The notes under the pieces are model-generated. The model was not told where the DNA came from, searched no databases, and worked only from the letters and a program-made list of their open reading frames with translations. Position numbers and translations under genes: made by a program. From Hypanus sabinus (lineage: Eukaryota): 64,000 bases of DNA. The DNA lies in contig NC_082721.1 in assembly GCF_030144855.1 (NCBI RefSeq), positions 43,524,001 through 43,588,000 of the forward strand, written 5' to 3'. Positions 12,701 to 25,821 of the stretch are shown here, one piece after another; within the stretch, counting starts at the first letter, position 1, and every line of letters starts with the position of its first letter.

Positions 12701-13369
12701 GATGTATGTTGCTGTCTTGCACTGAAAACACATATCATGAATGAGGAAGAACTGGAAATATTAGCAGTGTACAGCAGTGTGAAGGAAGATGGGTCAGAGG
12801 TTGGTGCAGATTGGTGGAGATGGATAGCGGGTTAGATAATGGACAGATGGAACCAAGAGGGAGAGGGGAAAGAGGATGTGGATAAAGGCAGAGGAAACCT
12901 AGTGCAATAGCTATCACAATGCTATTACAGCTGAGATACTGGAGTTCAGATTTTGATTCCAATGTTAACTGCAAGGAATTTCAATATCCTCCCCATGGTG
13001 TTCAAGGTACATTTATTATCAAAGTATGTATGTAGTAGACAACTCTGAGATTTGTCTTCTAGAGACAGCCATGAAACAAAGGAAACCATGGAGCCATTCA
13101 AAGAATAATATCATCACCCCAAGACATTAAAACATTGCACAATCAGTAACAAGTTCATCAACTGCCCCATGCTCAAAGAAGCAATTTGTGCAAGTGGCAC
13201 CAATAGCATCCACTACCCACCCATGTGCAAAAAAAACCCACATCACGTAGATAGTAACAAGAATACCAACCCCCTACGCTGAAAAATAAATTTATGCAAA
13301 TGGCACTGCAGTCATTATTCCCGACCTCCCACCTCCACCTCTCCAATGTGCAAAATAAATACATAAATC

Positions 13370-14150
13370 AATAGAATGCAGAACTGGGCTGAGAACAGGA
13401 AGATGGAGGTCAACCCAGATAAGTGTGAAGTGGTTCATTTTGTCAGGCCAAATTTGAGGACAGAATGTAAGATTAATGGTAAAACTTTTGGCAGTATGGA
13501 GGATCAGCAAGATTGTGGGGTTCATGTCCATTGTATACTCACAGTTGCTGCACAGCTTGGCAGTGTTGTTAAGAAGGCTTATGGTGTGTTGGCCTTCATT
13601 AAACTTGGGATGGAGTTCAAACACCATGAGGTAATGCTACAGATATATACAATCTTATCTTGACCTCACTGGAGTACTGTGTTCAGTTCTGGTCACGTTA
13701 TTACAGGAAGGATATGAATGCTATAGAGAGTGCACAGAGGAGAGCTACAATGATGTTGCCTGAACTGGGTGCATGCATTATAGGAATAGGTTGAGGTGAC
13801 CTGATAGTTGTGTAGAAGACGATGAGAGGCATTGATCGTGTGGATAACCAGAGGCATTTTCCCTAGGCTGAGGAAGGTAACATGAGGTTTCATTGTTTTA
13901 AGGTACTTGGAAGTAGGTAAAGGGGAGTGTCAGAGGAAAGTTTTTCACACAGAGAGTGGTGAGCGTGTGGAATGCACTGCCAATGAAGTTGGTAGAGGCA
14001 GATATGATAGGTTGTTTTAAAAGAATTTTAGATAGAATCATGGAGCTTAGAAAAATAAAGGACAATGTGGTAGCAAAATTCTAGGCACCTTCATAAGCAC
14101 CAATACTGTGGGACAAAGGGTTTGTAATGTGCTGTAGGTTTTCTATGTTC
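13370..14150 (+). mobile_element. CR1 LINE 3' fragment, degraded
   Basis: MEVNPDKCEVVHF, KKAYGVLAFI and LEYCVQFWS-like sequence; ends in a tctatgt repeat tail. Confidence 0.8.
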
Positions 14151-14559
14151 TATGTCCTAAATTGGGTAAATGCAAAAACATAGAATATAAAGCATAAAGC
14201 TGAGAAAGCTGGATTGAACTGCAGAACAATCCATAAATTACCAACCCAGAACTGCAGTACCAGTCTCCAAGAACATGGAGTAGAAAGAGAGCATTGGAAT
14301 GCTGGGGCCTTCCCTCAGTAGCAGTGAGCAAGGGACTGTTACATCCACACACCTTCTGTAGCAAGTGAGAAGTTGGTAGATGGCACCTCTCCTTCAGGGT
14401 GATCCAGTTTCCACCCCAAGTTTGAAGGCATACAGTTTCTAATCAATAAGCTCCAAATCCTGGGTGTCTGTACCTCTCCTGGTATTCTTTATTGCCAGCA
14501 AGGCAGTGTATATCAGGAATCACTGTGGCCTAAGCCTGTTTTGTTCCAAAAATGGATAA

Positions 14560-17500
14560 AGATTACTAAAGGACAATGATGACATCAATTCTTGATGGAA
14601 GGAACACCTTCAGGAGTGACTTAATGATAACACCACTGTTGACATTGAATTCATCAACCAGAACCCACAGCAACTCATGAAGGGAGACATGAGTAAGCCT
14701 TGTAACATCAAAGAGCTGCAGATGGCATGCAAGAAACTGAGGAACAACAAGGCTACTGGGCCTAAAGGAATTCCAGTAGAAATCCTCAAGGAATATGCCT
14801 CAGAACTTTGAAATCATATTCATGACCAACTTTTCAATATCTGGGACCAGGAGATGATTTCAGCTTAACTCAGGGACGTCCCAATTGTCACTCTCTTCAA
14901 AAAGGGTGACAAAGATGTTTGCAGAAACTACAGAGACATCTCCTCCTCTCGACAGCAGCAAAGGTACGCACCTGAATTTTGTGTGACTGGTTTTCACTTC
15001 TGGCAGAAGAATTCAATTAAATTGACTTTATTTCATCCTTCACATACACGAAGAGTAAAAATCTTTACATAAAGATTTATCTCTGTCTAAATATGCAATG
15101 TGTAATCATAGTAATTTATAATAATTTATAATAAATAGAGCAGTGAAAGTGATATAGAAATACACTCAAATCAGTGTGAATTAATCAATCTGATGGCCTA
15201 ATGGAAGAAGCTGCCCTGGAGCCTATTGTTGCTGGCTTTAATGATGTGTTTCCACATTCCGGATTTGGCAGCAGCTGGAATAGATTGTGGCTGAGGTGCT
15301 TTGGGTCCCCAATGATCCTTCCCGCCATTTTTCCAGGCCTGTCTTCATAAACATTCTGAGTCATGGGAAGTTCACAACTACAGATATGCTGGGCAGTCTG
15401 CACTACTCTCTGCAGAATCCTGCGATTAAGGCAGATACCAGCAGTGATGCAGCCAGTCAGGATGCTCTTAATTATGCCCCTATAAAAAGTACTTAGATTT
15501 TGGAGGCCCATACCAAATTTCCACAAATGTCTGAGATGAAAGAGGGGCTGTTGTGACTTTTTCTCTGCACAGCTGATATGTTCTGACCATGTGAGGTCCT
15601 CGGTGATGTGGATGCCGTGGAACTTAAAGCTGTTCACCCTCTCAACCCCAGATCCATTGATGTCAATTGGGGTTACCCTGTCTCTATTCCTATTGTAATC
15701 CACAAACAGGTCCTTCATTTTTGTGACATTGAAAGAGAGGTTGTTTACTTGACATCACTGTGTCAGAGAGACGACTTCTTCCCTGTTAGCCACCTCATTA
15801 TTGTTTGAGATTAGGCCAATCAATGTAGTGTGGTTGGCAAATTTAATTAGCAGATTAGAGCTCCGGGTGGCAACATAGTCATGGGTATACAGGGAGTAAA
15901 GGAGGAAACTTATTACAATGCCCTGAGGGGCTCCTGTGTTGAGAGTCAGAGGGGTGGAGATGAGGGATCTCACTCTTTCCATCTGACTGTGATCTGACAG
16001 GAGGTCCAGGATCCAGCTGCACAAGGCAGGGTCAAGGCCAAAGTCTCTCAGCTTCTTGTCGAGACTGGATGGAATTTTGGTATTGAATGCAGAACTGTAA
16101 TCCAAGAAGAGTATTCTCATATAAGCATTCTTCTTTTCAAGATGTGTAAGGATGGTATGCAGAGCAGTGGCTATTGTGTCATCTGTCGATTGGTTGTGTC
16201 AGTAGGCAGTTTATAGGGAGTCCAGTTTGCATGGGCGCATACTACAGATGTTCTCCTTTACCAGCCTCTCAAAGCAATTGCTTATTATTGAGGTGAGTGC
16301 AACAGGACACCAGTCATTCAGGCATGTTACCTGGGGCTTTTTTGGTACAGGGACAATGGTGGATAATTTGAAGCAGTAGGACACTTGCCACTGGGTGAGG
16401 GGAGTGATTAAAAACGTCTGTAAAATCACCTAACAATTGTGCTGAGCACATCCCGAGTACTCGCACTGAGATGCCATCCTGTCCCACAGCCTTCCAGCTT
16501 TCCACCCATTGGAAGCATCTGCGGACCTCAGAGATGACCAAGCTGCAGGGTATAGCAGTGGCTCTACCCGGGGCCTCAGAGTTAGCGATATCAAACTCTG
16601 CGTAAAAGCAATTGAGCTATTTTTTGAGAGAGACTGCAATGTTGGCTGCACCACTACAATTGGTGCCTGTGTTTAGTAACTCCTGCCTAAGTCTTAGTGT
16701 GGCTTCCGTCCAGCCACAGGAACATCTAACAAGATCTTTACGGCACGTCAATTGCAGGATAAAGCCCCGGAACAAACTCTCCCACTTTATGTGGCCTTCA
16801 TAGACATGACAAAAGCATTTGACTCTGCAAATTGTCCTGTCCTTTGGCAAGTACTGGCCAACGTTGGGTGCCTGAAGAAATACGACAAGACCCTACAGCT
16901 CTTTCACAGTGATATGAGTGCAACAGTCATCAGAAACAAAATAACTTTTCAAGGTGAGACTGGGGGTCAGACAGGGCTGAAACAATGCCCCTAATCTGTT
17001 AGCTGTTTTCGTTGTAACCATTATTCACCTCATAGGCTAAAACCTCCAAAGTTGACTCACAATTCTCTGCAGGACTGATGGAGGGTTTTTTAACCTTAGC
17101 AGATTTAAGGCAAGGAGCAAGGTGTCAACTAATTCTATCATTGAGCTCCAATATGAAGCCAGCAACACAGGCGTAGCTCACTGTGAAGAGGATCTACACT
17201 GCATAGTGGATGCCTTTTACAGAGCATAAAAACTGCAGGGACTTGATCAAAACATCAGGAAAGTCCAAGCCATGCACGAACCTGATCCATATCAAGTTCC
17301 TAAACCTCCAACCATCCCTCTGGAGAAGACTGATTATATCCTGTATTTTGACAGTGTTATTTCTTGAAGTACAAAAAATTGATCTTGAAATAAATCACAG
17401 AATAGGCTGTGCGAGTGGAGATTTTGTCAGTCTAAGAAAAGGGTTTTTCAAGGTTGGGTTATCAAGGTCAACACCAAGCTTCCAATCTCCAAAGCTATAG

Positions 17501-17950
17501 TCCTTCCCTCCTTGCTATATGGAACAGAGTCATGGAGAGCGTTGAGCAGGCATTGAAAATTGCTCAAAATGTGCCATCAAAGATGCCTCTGAAAGATTCT
17601 GGGTGATAGCTGGACGAACAGGTGCACTACCTCCAGCATCTTGGAGGAAGCTAACTTTAATTCCATAGCCACAATAGCGACTTAACACTAATTATGATGG
17701 GTTGCACACATCATCTGCATGCCTGACTTCTGCCTCCCTAAACAATTCCTGTTTGGCAAACTCAATGATGTAAAGTGCAATCCTGGTGGGCAGGAAAACT
17801 GGTTCAAAGTCAATATCAAGACCCAACTGAGAAAATGCCACATCAAACTGAATGGATGAGAGAAATGGGCACAGGATTAGAAAAGTTGGAGTGGGATTAT
17901 CTATGAAGGGATTGCCCAGCTAAAAATACCTCTACCTTGTTCTCAATCCA
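14560..17950 (+). mobile_element. RTE-clade LINE, degraded, split by a Rex1/Babar insertion
   Basis: NNKATGP-like start, FKKGDK..CRNYR, LYVAFIDMTKAFDS, LYGTESW-like sequence; resumes near 16678. Confidence 0.7.
15010..16677 (-). mobile_element. Rex1/Babar LINE fragment
   Basis: ORFs 16211-16541, 15755-16120 (FLDYSSAFNT, GAPQG, KFANHT) and 15185-15718 (DUF1891-like C-terminus HLSHNLFQLLP). Confidence 0.8.
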
Positions 17951-18182
17951 AGCAGTTTCAATATAAGGAGATTCTGGGAAAGGCACAAACAGCTACATCA
18001 ACCACCACCGCAATGACCTATATTCTAGGTCCCAGTTCGGCTCCCCATTCCCAGCTTCTGTTCCATGTTTCCAGTACAGAGTTTCCTATAGATTGAAAGA
18101 CCTAGCATACGGCCAATCACCACAACTCCATCCATACAGACAGCTCGAGAATGTGACAGAGTACCTGCTGTCCTGTTTCCGG

Positions 18183-18289
18183 TGTTACAAACACATAGGT
18201 TTCGTTTGCTGTGGACTGTCACTTTGAGGGAGGCACTGAGAGAGGCAGGACTATGATGTCAGTCACAGGCTGCTGCGACCTTAAAACTC

Positions 18290-18334
<45 letters not shown>

Positions 18335-21300
18335 TTGTGGAAGCCAGCAGCTTCAGCTTGTCGTAGCTGGGGCTTCGAACTCTCCTATGCCCATAAAGGT
18401 GGGTTTTTGGGTTTTTTTATCAGCACACGATGCACATCGAATATTTATCGCTCACCTTGTATAATCCCCAGGATTGGATTTTTTTGGGATATGCTGTGGA
18501 GACTACTTATGTGTTAACAATTGCCTGGGTATGATGTGTGGTAATCACTTGAAGATGATATCCCTGTGACAGGCCACTTTTGGTGATAATTCGTATGTCA
18601 ATTTGGAACAGCTCACTGGAGGATCTTCAACAACTGATATTTAGTCTTACCATTGTGGAACCTGTGGAATTTGACATAATTGTCTTCTCTGTACATTTAC
18701 CCTGGATTACAAATATCTGTCTCCTATAATTTATTCCGTGGATGAACTGAACTTTTTCTACTTTACCATCTCAAGTCTCTAAGCCTTGTCTCCCAACCGC
18801 ACACCCCCAAGCTCAGTATAGTTAGGTGGTTATTTTTACACACATATATACACCTGACACTATTAACTTTTGTTTGTCTTGCTTGAAGTTACTATATTAT
18901 AAGTAGTTACTAATAAAGTTAGTGGTTTTAACATCAAAACCAGACTCCATGTTAGTCTATAAGGTAGAGTAAGCTTGTTGTGCCTTAACCTTAATTACAC
19001 TCTGTAATAAAAGAGAAAAGCTTTCTTTTGGCCACTTTTGACTGTGAGCCACTTTCTCAAAATGTTGGAAGTATTTATCAACCTCAGTCTCATGAAATGG
19101 TGGGACCAGTTTAACTTCCTGACTATCAATAAACAGTGCAACCAACTCCTTGGAGGCAGCAACTTCTTTCTCGAGCATTAGCATATCAAGCATATCGAGC
19201 ATTAGCAACTGAACCAGCATTAGCTGGTTCATTTCTAAAACATTACAGTTCATAATAAAATTGGAGGCTTGTCCTCAACGTGAACAAAAATTGGAGCTTA
19301 CTGATTAATTATAGATCTCATTGGTCACTATCCATTTGATTTATTTGTGTGTGGAAATCAGCAGCAATGGATATTAGTATTGAGGCATTTCTGTGAGAGC
19401 AAACCCCTGAGGCATTACAAAAGGCAAAAAAAAGGATGATGTGTTGGCTATTGCTAAGGTACTAAACCTTATTGGGATAAAGCAGGCTATGAAGAAGCCA
19501 GAGGTTCAGAGGAAAATAGTTGAGCAGTATATATCTTCACAGGGGTTTGATGATGAGGTGTTAAAGAGGTTTCCTGTGAGTAAAGCGGAGATCCAATTAT
19601 GACTGGAACTATTGAAATTTAATATGTTTAAAGTAGAGGCTAAGGAAAAAGAAAAACAGAGGCAGTTTGATGCCAGAGACGCAGACAGACAGAGGGAAGA
19701 AGCAGAAATAAAGGGGCTTTGAAGCTGAGGAAGCAGACAAACAAACGCGGTTTGTGATAGATATGCTAATGCTCGAGAAAGAAGTTGCTGCTCCAAGGAG
19801 TTGGTTGTACTGTTTATTGACAGTCAGGAAGTTAAACTGGTCCCACCATTTCATGAGACTGAGGTTGATAAATACTTCCAACATTTTAAGAAAGTGGCTC
19901 ACAGTCAAAAGTGGCCAAAAGAAAGCTTGTCTCTTTTGTTACAGAGTGTAATTAAGGTTAAAGCGCAACAAGCTGACTCTGCCTTATCAATTGGAGAAGC
20001 AGTTGATTATGAGACAGTGAAATGGACTGCACTTAAAGCCTATGAGTTGCTTCCAGAAGCCTATAGGCATAGGTTTAGAAATTTGACGAAATCTGTGATC
20101 AGACTTAGGTGGAATTTGCTTCTGAGAAGTTTGTATGCTTTGATGGTTGGTGCACATCGAAAAATGTGAAAGATGATTTTAACAGCTTGAAAGAGTTGAT
20201 CTTAATTGAAGAATTTAAGAGGTGCATCCCTAATGACATAAGGGCACATTTAATGAAAAGGATGCTGCCACTTTGCATGATTCTGCTAAATTGGCAGATG
20301 AGGTTGCTTTAACCTACAACGTTAAGTTTACCCCAAGTGAATGTTTCCAAAAGAGTAGCATGGATAGTCATAGTAAACCAGAAATTAAATCTGGGACCAG
20401 TGACAAAAATAAGGTTGAAGGGAAGCAAGTGAAGGAGAGATATTCTGGTCATACTTGTTACTATTGTAAGAAAGCTGGCCATGTTATGGCTAACTGTTCC
20501 ATCCTGAATAAGAAGAAATAAAAGGAGATAGTCCCAAATGCTTGTACTCACTGTTGTGAAACACCTATAAACCCACAGGGGTCTGCACATTTTGATGAAG
20601 CTCAGTTAAGGACTGAGAGGTCTGACCGAGTTAGGAAGGGATGCGATCATTTTAAGTCAGATGGGTCTGTGTCAGTAAATGCAGTGAGAATCCCTGTACC
20701 AGTGTAAATTCTTTGATATACTGGGGCTACTCAGTCACTTATATTAGACAGCATTCTAAAGTTTGGTTATGAGACTGACACTGGTGAATAAATCTTATTA
20801 AAGGCATTGGGGGCGGCATGGTTTCTATACCACTGCACAAGGTAACTTTACATTCAGGGTTGGTTTTGGGACCTGTTAAGATAGGAGTCTGCTCCAGTTT
20901 ACCGGTGGAAGATGTTACTTTGTTGTTAGGGAATGACAGAGCAGATAGTAAAATTATTCCTGCAATGCAGCTGATGACTAAGCCAACCACTGATGACCCA
21001 CAGATGGATTCTACCATTTACCCCACAGGTGCAGTAACTCAAAGTATGGCTAACAAGTCAGCCAATGCAGATAGTTCTGTGCAGCAAGATTCTGCTACCC
21101 ATGATAGGCAAAATCGGGATTCAGGTTGTGATGAATTGTCAGGGACTTTTCTGCCTTCATTGTTTCATCAGGATTCAGGTATTAAATCTGATGAGAAAGA
21201 TTTATCTCTGTCTAGGAAGGAGTTTATAGCAGAACTTAGCACCGAGACCCCAGATTGAAACTTTAAAAGAAACAGCTCTCTCAGATGATGATGAGATTAA

Positions 21301-22596
21301 GAAAGTGCCAGTAGGACATTATCTCAAGGATAAAGTGTTAATGAGGAGGAGGAGACCACCAGCTATACCTGCAAGTGAGAAATGGGCAATTGTTCACCAA
21401 GTTGTAGTTCCTAAAGTTTATAGGAACGAGAATTGAAATCTAGTCCATAGTATGCCCTTAGGTGGCCATCTAGGTGTGAATAAAACTGTAAACAAGGTTA
21501 TGAAAGAATTTTACTGGCCTAATTTGAGGAAAGATGTTGTGACCTTTTGTAGGACTTGTCACACTTGTCAAATCGTGGGTAATCCTCATCAGGTCACCCC
21601 AGTGTCCCCACTCCAGCCTATTCCTGCATTTAGAGAACCCTTTTCCAAACTTATTGTGGATTTGTTGGCCCATTGCCAAAGACTAATGCTGGCCATCAGT
21701 ATTTGTTGACTATCATGTATACAGTCTCTAGATTTCCAGAAGCCATAGCTCTCAGAAATATCATGTCTAAAGCTGCATCAAAGGCTCTCATAAAGTTTTT
21801 TTACTTTATTTGGTGTGCCTAAGGAAATCCAGTCTGATCAAGGAAATAATTTTACATCTGGATTATTCCAGCAGGCAGTCTATGAATTGGGATCCAAGCA
21901 GATTACGTCATCTGCGTACCATCTGGAATCAGAAGGGACTTTAGTAAGATTCGTTTCTGCCCTCAAAACAATGATTAGGACATACTGTGTTGAATATAAG
22001 AAGGATTGGGATGCCCACAAGGCACACTGTGCACAACAAATATGTGACAGACACTTTGTATAACCCATAGGAGTGGATTTTTTTGGGATATCCAATGGAG
22101 ACCACTTATGTGTTAATCCTTTCCTGGGTATGATGTGTGGTAATCACTTGAAGACGATATCCCTATGACAGGTCATTTTTGGTGATAATTCGTATGTGGA
22201 TTTGGAACGGCTCGATGGAGGATCTTCGACAACTGATGTTTAGTCTTACCATCATGCAACCTGTGGAATTTGACATAATTGCATTCTCCATACATTTATC
22301 CTGGATTACAAATATCTCTCTCCTATAATATATTCCGTGGATAAACTGAACTTTCCCTACTGTTCCATCTCAAGACTCTAAGCCTTTTCCCACCCCACGT
22401 CCCAAAGCTCAATATAGCTTGATGGTTATATTTACACAAATATATACACCTAACACTGTTAACTTTTGTTTATCTTTGTTTCAGGTACTATATTATAAAT
22501 GGTGACTAATACAGATAGTGATTTTAACATCAAAACCGGACTCCATGTGTAGTCTATTGCTGCTGGTTTGTTTCTAAAACATTACAGTTCGTAACA
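18183..22596 (+). mobile_element. Gmr1-type Gypsy element, decayed; RT/RNase H deleted
   Basis: TGTTAC at 18183; 5' LTR ends near 19257 followed by PBS TGGAGGCTTGTCC (tRNA-Pro-like); gag, CCHC knuckle, protease and integrase (HLGVNKT, CHTCQ) fragments; partial 3' LTR ~22020-22596 ending GTAACA. Confidence 0.85.
18961..19206 (-). repeat. Inverted copy of the element's own gag segment (~19760-19985) inside its 5' LTR
   Basis: Reverse complement aligns by eye at roughly 95% with 19760-19985; absent from the 3' LTR. Confidence 0.9.
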
Positions 22597-25514
22597 CCAA
22601 CCAAATGTTTGTCCGCAGTAGAACCCAGGGAAACCAACGGATTGCCTACGTGCTGGTTTGCCTTTTTATACTTTGCGACCTTCCTTCATGAATTCTTATT
22701 CATCAGTGCCTTTGTTAGTGGATATACTGGCCTCGACTGAAGAGATGATTCATCCTTGTGACATTTTTCTGGAAACTTACATTGACACTTAGCATTATTT
22801 TTAGCCATTTCCTACTCCAGTTACTGTTGAAACCATTTTTTAAGAACGATGTAAGATCTAATGTTCTTTTCAGTTAATATTTGCAATTCTTGAAGATAAT
22901 AGTTACAATCCCTTCTCCCCAATGGTGAGCCAATCATCTACCATACACCGTAGTATCTTCTCTTACATTTTAGTCTAAATTTATTCTTCCTGAGCCTTCA
23001 ATGTCCCTTCTTCCAATCCCTGTCTTGTTCCTCTACTCAAACTCTGGGGTAGCCACCAGCCAGTGTGGGACAGCTCTGGAATCCGTGTCCAGTCTTGACC
23101 CCTCTTCCTTGGGCAAACTTCTATTTTTTCAAGCAATTATCACAGGGATCGCCAAAATACTGTTGAAGAATTTCATCACCAGATTGCCCTATTTTACCAT
23201 ATTTTACTGTAAGAGTATTTACACTGTTATCAAACAGAAATAATGACACAGAACTGAGTATACGGTTAACACTTTAATGTGAGATCATGACTCTGCCATT
23301 GTCAGGCTACACCTTAAAATTTATTTGGTAACTTTTGGGCAATTGCCGATGGCTAAGGATAACAAGTCAGCGACGTCGAGAAACTCTTGTTGGGTATCAG
23401 CCAGTTTACAAATGTTCCAGTGTGATACATAAAATTGGTAGTGTACGTCTACAGTCAGCTCCACTATTCACACAACAGTCTCAGACAAAGGTTAGCTACA
23501 CCTCACCACTGGCATGATCTATTTCTAGCTCTACTTAGTGAGTATAAGCAAGGAGGTATCTGTGTCTCATCCTGTCACTCTCATCATCCAAATTTTCAGT
23601 AATATTTAGCTAATCAAGCTGGACAATAAAATTAAACTGAACTTTTAATTTTTTTCTCTTAATTTTCTTCCACAGCCATTCATGGAAAGTGATCCACAGT
23701 CATCAATGAGGATGCACCCATGGTTATTTGTTTTACTGGAACATAGGTACAGACCTCGAAACTCTCCCAGCAACTTTGTGAAAGCTTATTTCTCCAAGAT
23801 TTAATCAAAGGGCACACCAGGACTGCTCAGGGTATTGCAGATATCTACTGGAAAGTTACATGAAGAAGATAAGAATAGTAAAGGAATTCTCTTGCTCAGA
23901 GACATTCAGGCAGTGAATGTCTTAGAGAAGACTGAGATCCAGAGAAAACATTAATAGAGAGAAGGTTTGTTGGGATGATGGCAACTAGGATTATTTGTCA
24001 TTGTTGTTTTGAGGCTTCATTAAAAAAGGAAGCTTTTAAAGGCCTATCACCACCTAACAATGTTCAAAGATGTGTGATTCCTCAAGTGAACCAAGTATTT
24101 CAATGATTACTACTGCAGTTAATTTGACATCACAACATGAGCAGCAACACATCATTGCCAAGACTCCAAATAAACAGACACAAACAAAATATCAAGAGAA
24201 TTCTGTGCACGTGGAACCATTTGAAGTAATCGATTCCAATTGAAAAGCTAATCTGGAGACTGCAGGAACTAGAATTAGTTGCTTGCCATAGAATGATTTT
24301 CAGTAGTTTTTAGGGGGTAAAATGTGTGACTTTTCAAAATGTCCATCAGTGTCTGAGCTTATTAAATACTTTCTTCTACCAGAAACGTGCTAACATATAT
24401 TATCATCGTTTAAGGGGAGTATAGAAGTATGGTGAATTTGGCAAATTCTGCATGAAATCAGAATACGTTACTGATGCATTTGTCAATGCAATGGAAGAAG
24501 TTGGCAGTGATGCCAGAGCAGGTTTGGAATGAAGACCGTTCCACATAGTGAACAAAAATACAGGCTTAGCTGGGCACATATGAGTACATATGGTTTTGAG
24601 GTTCTTGAGTGTGTTGAAGCTGTTCTCATTCAGACCACCAGAGTGCATTCCATCGCAATACTGAATTGAGCTTATTGGTGGTGGATAGGACTTGATGAGT
24701 TGGAATCTGAGTTACTCACTACAGGATTCAAACCTCTCATCTGCTTTTGTAGACGTGTTCTGCATATGGTCAGACTGATGCTAGAAAATTGCATTTGCAT
24801 CCAGGTAATTGGAAGATATGAAAATACAGGAGATGACATATCCTGAATGCATAAAGTTCATAGAATTACACTACAGAGTAACAGCCTACTTGCACCAACT
24901 AGTCCATACCAAACATGACCTTTACCTACATTTCCATTGGGTTCCATTTGCAAGTATTTGGCCAATCACATTCTAAACATTTCCAATCAATTTTCCTGCC
25001 AAATTCTCTTTTCAATGTTGTTATTGTGTAAATTTCAGCCACTTCTTCTGGGTCTGGTTCCTCATTTCACATAGATGCCACGCGGTTTCTGTAAAAAAGT
25101 TAATTGTTTGACAACAGGTCTTCCATCTCGATCCCTTCACATTCATCTCAGATCACTGTAACCCTGCTGGCTTTTGGCACCTCCACAGTTTTCAAGATTA
25201 TGATCAGTTGTGAAATTTGTTATTCAGCAGTTTGCTAGAGAATGGAGTGATATAGATCTGTTGTTATAACTCTCCCACCTCCCCCCTCCCCTGAATCAAC
25301 AGTCCAAATGTTATCCGACAATTGATCAGCCCATTGGTTTGGTGTGCAGCTGCTTTTGACTAAACAGTGCAGAATAATGCAGAACTCATGAATCTCAGGG
25401 CTGCACACGTTCCCCCTTATTTCCATCTAGTTCCTCAAGAAACAGTGGGCCATTCATTGGGAGGATACGTTCAAAAATGCTTACGTGGCATGTAAGGCTT
25501 GTCTATCGGTGCTG

Positions 25515-25790
25515 ATATCTCACAGCTTCAGTGACATGGATTTGATCCTGAGCTTGTCAATGCGATATCTGTATATTCTGACTGTGTGTACTCTAGTTTC
25601 CCATTGATGCTCTCCGCTTGTTCCAGAGTGCAGTTCTGGGACTGTAAATTTTCCTTTAGTGCAATGAGGAAACAAGAGAATCAAAGGGTGCTTGAAGGAA
25701 TGTGTGCGGGGAATGGAACTGGCTTCATGTTGGGGTTGTTTTATTGGGAGCTTATATGAACCCAATGGGCTGAATAACCTGATAATGAGT
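25515..25790 (+). mobile_element. HE1-like elasmobranch SINE, degraded
   Basis: cagcttcagtgacatggatttgatcctga head and ctccgcttgttcc core resemble the tRNA-derived HE1 SINE; CR1-like tail. Confidence 0.5.
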
Positions 25791-25821
25791 TTTGCTAAAT
25801 AATAATCCTGTAGATTTCTTT

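Noticed and set aside
23641-23800. Strong splice acceptor (ttttcttccacag, 23675) followed by a short open frame
   Set aside because: No recognisable protein or partner exon; cannot be supported without RNA data.
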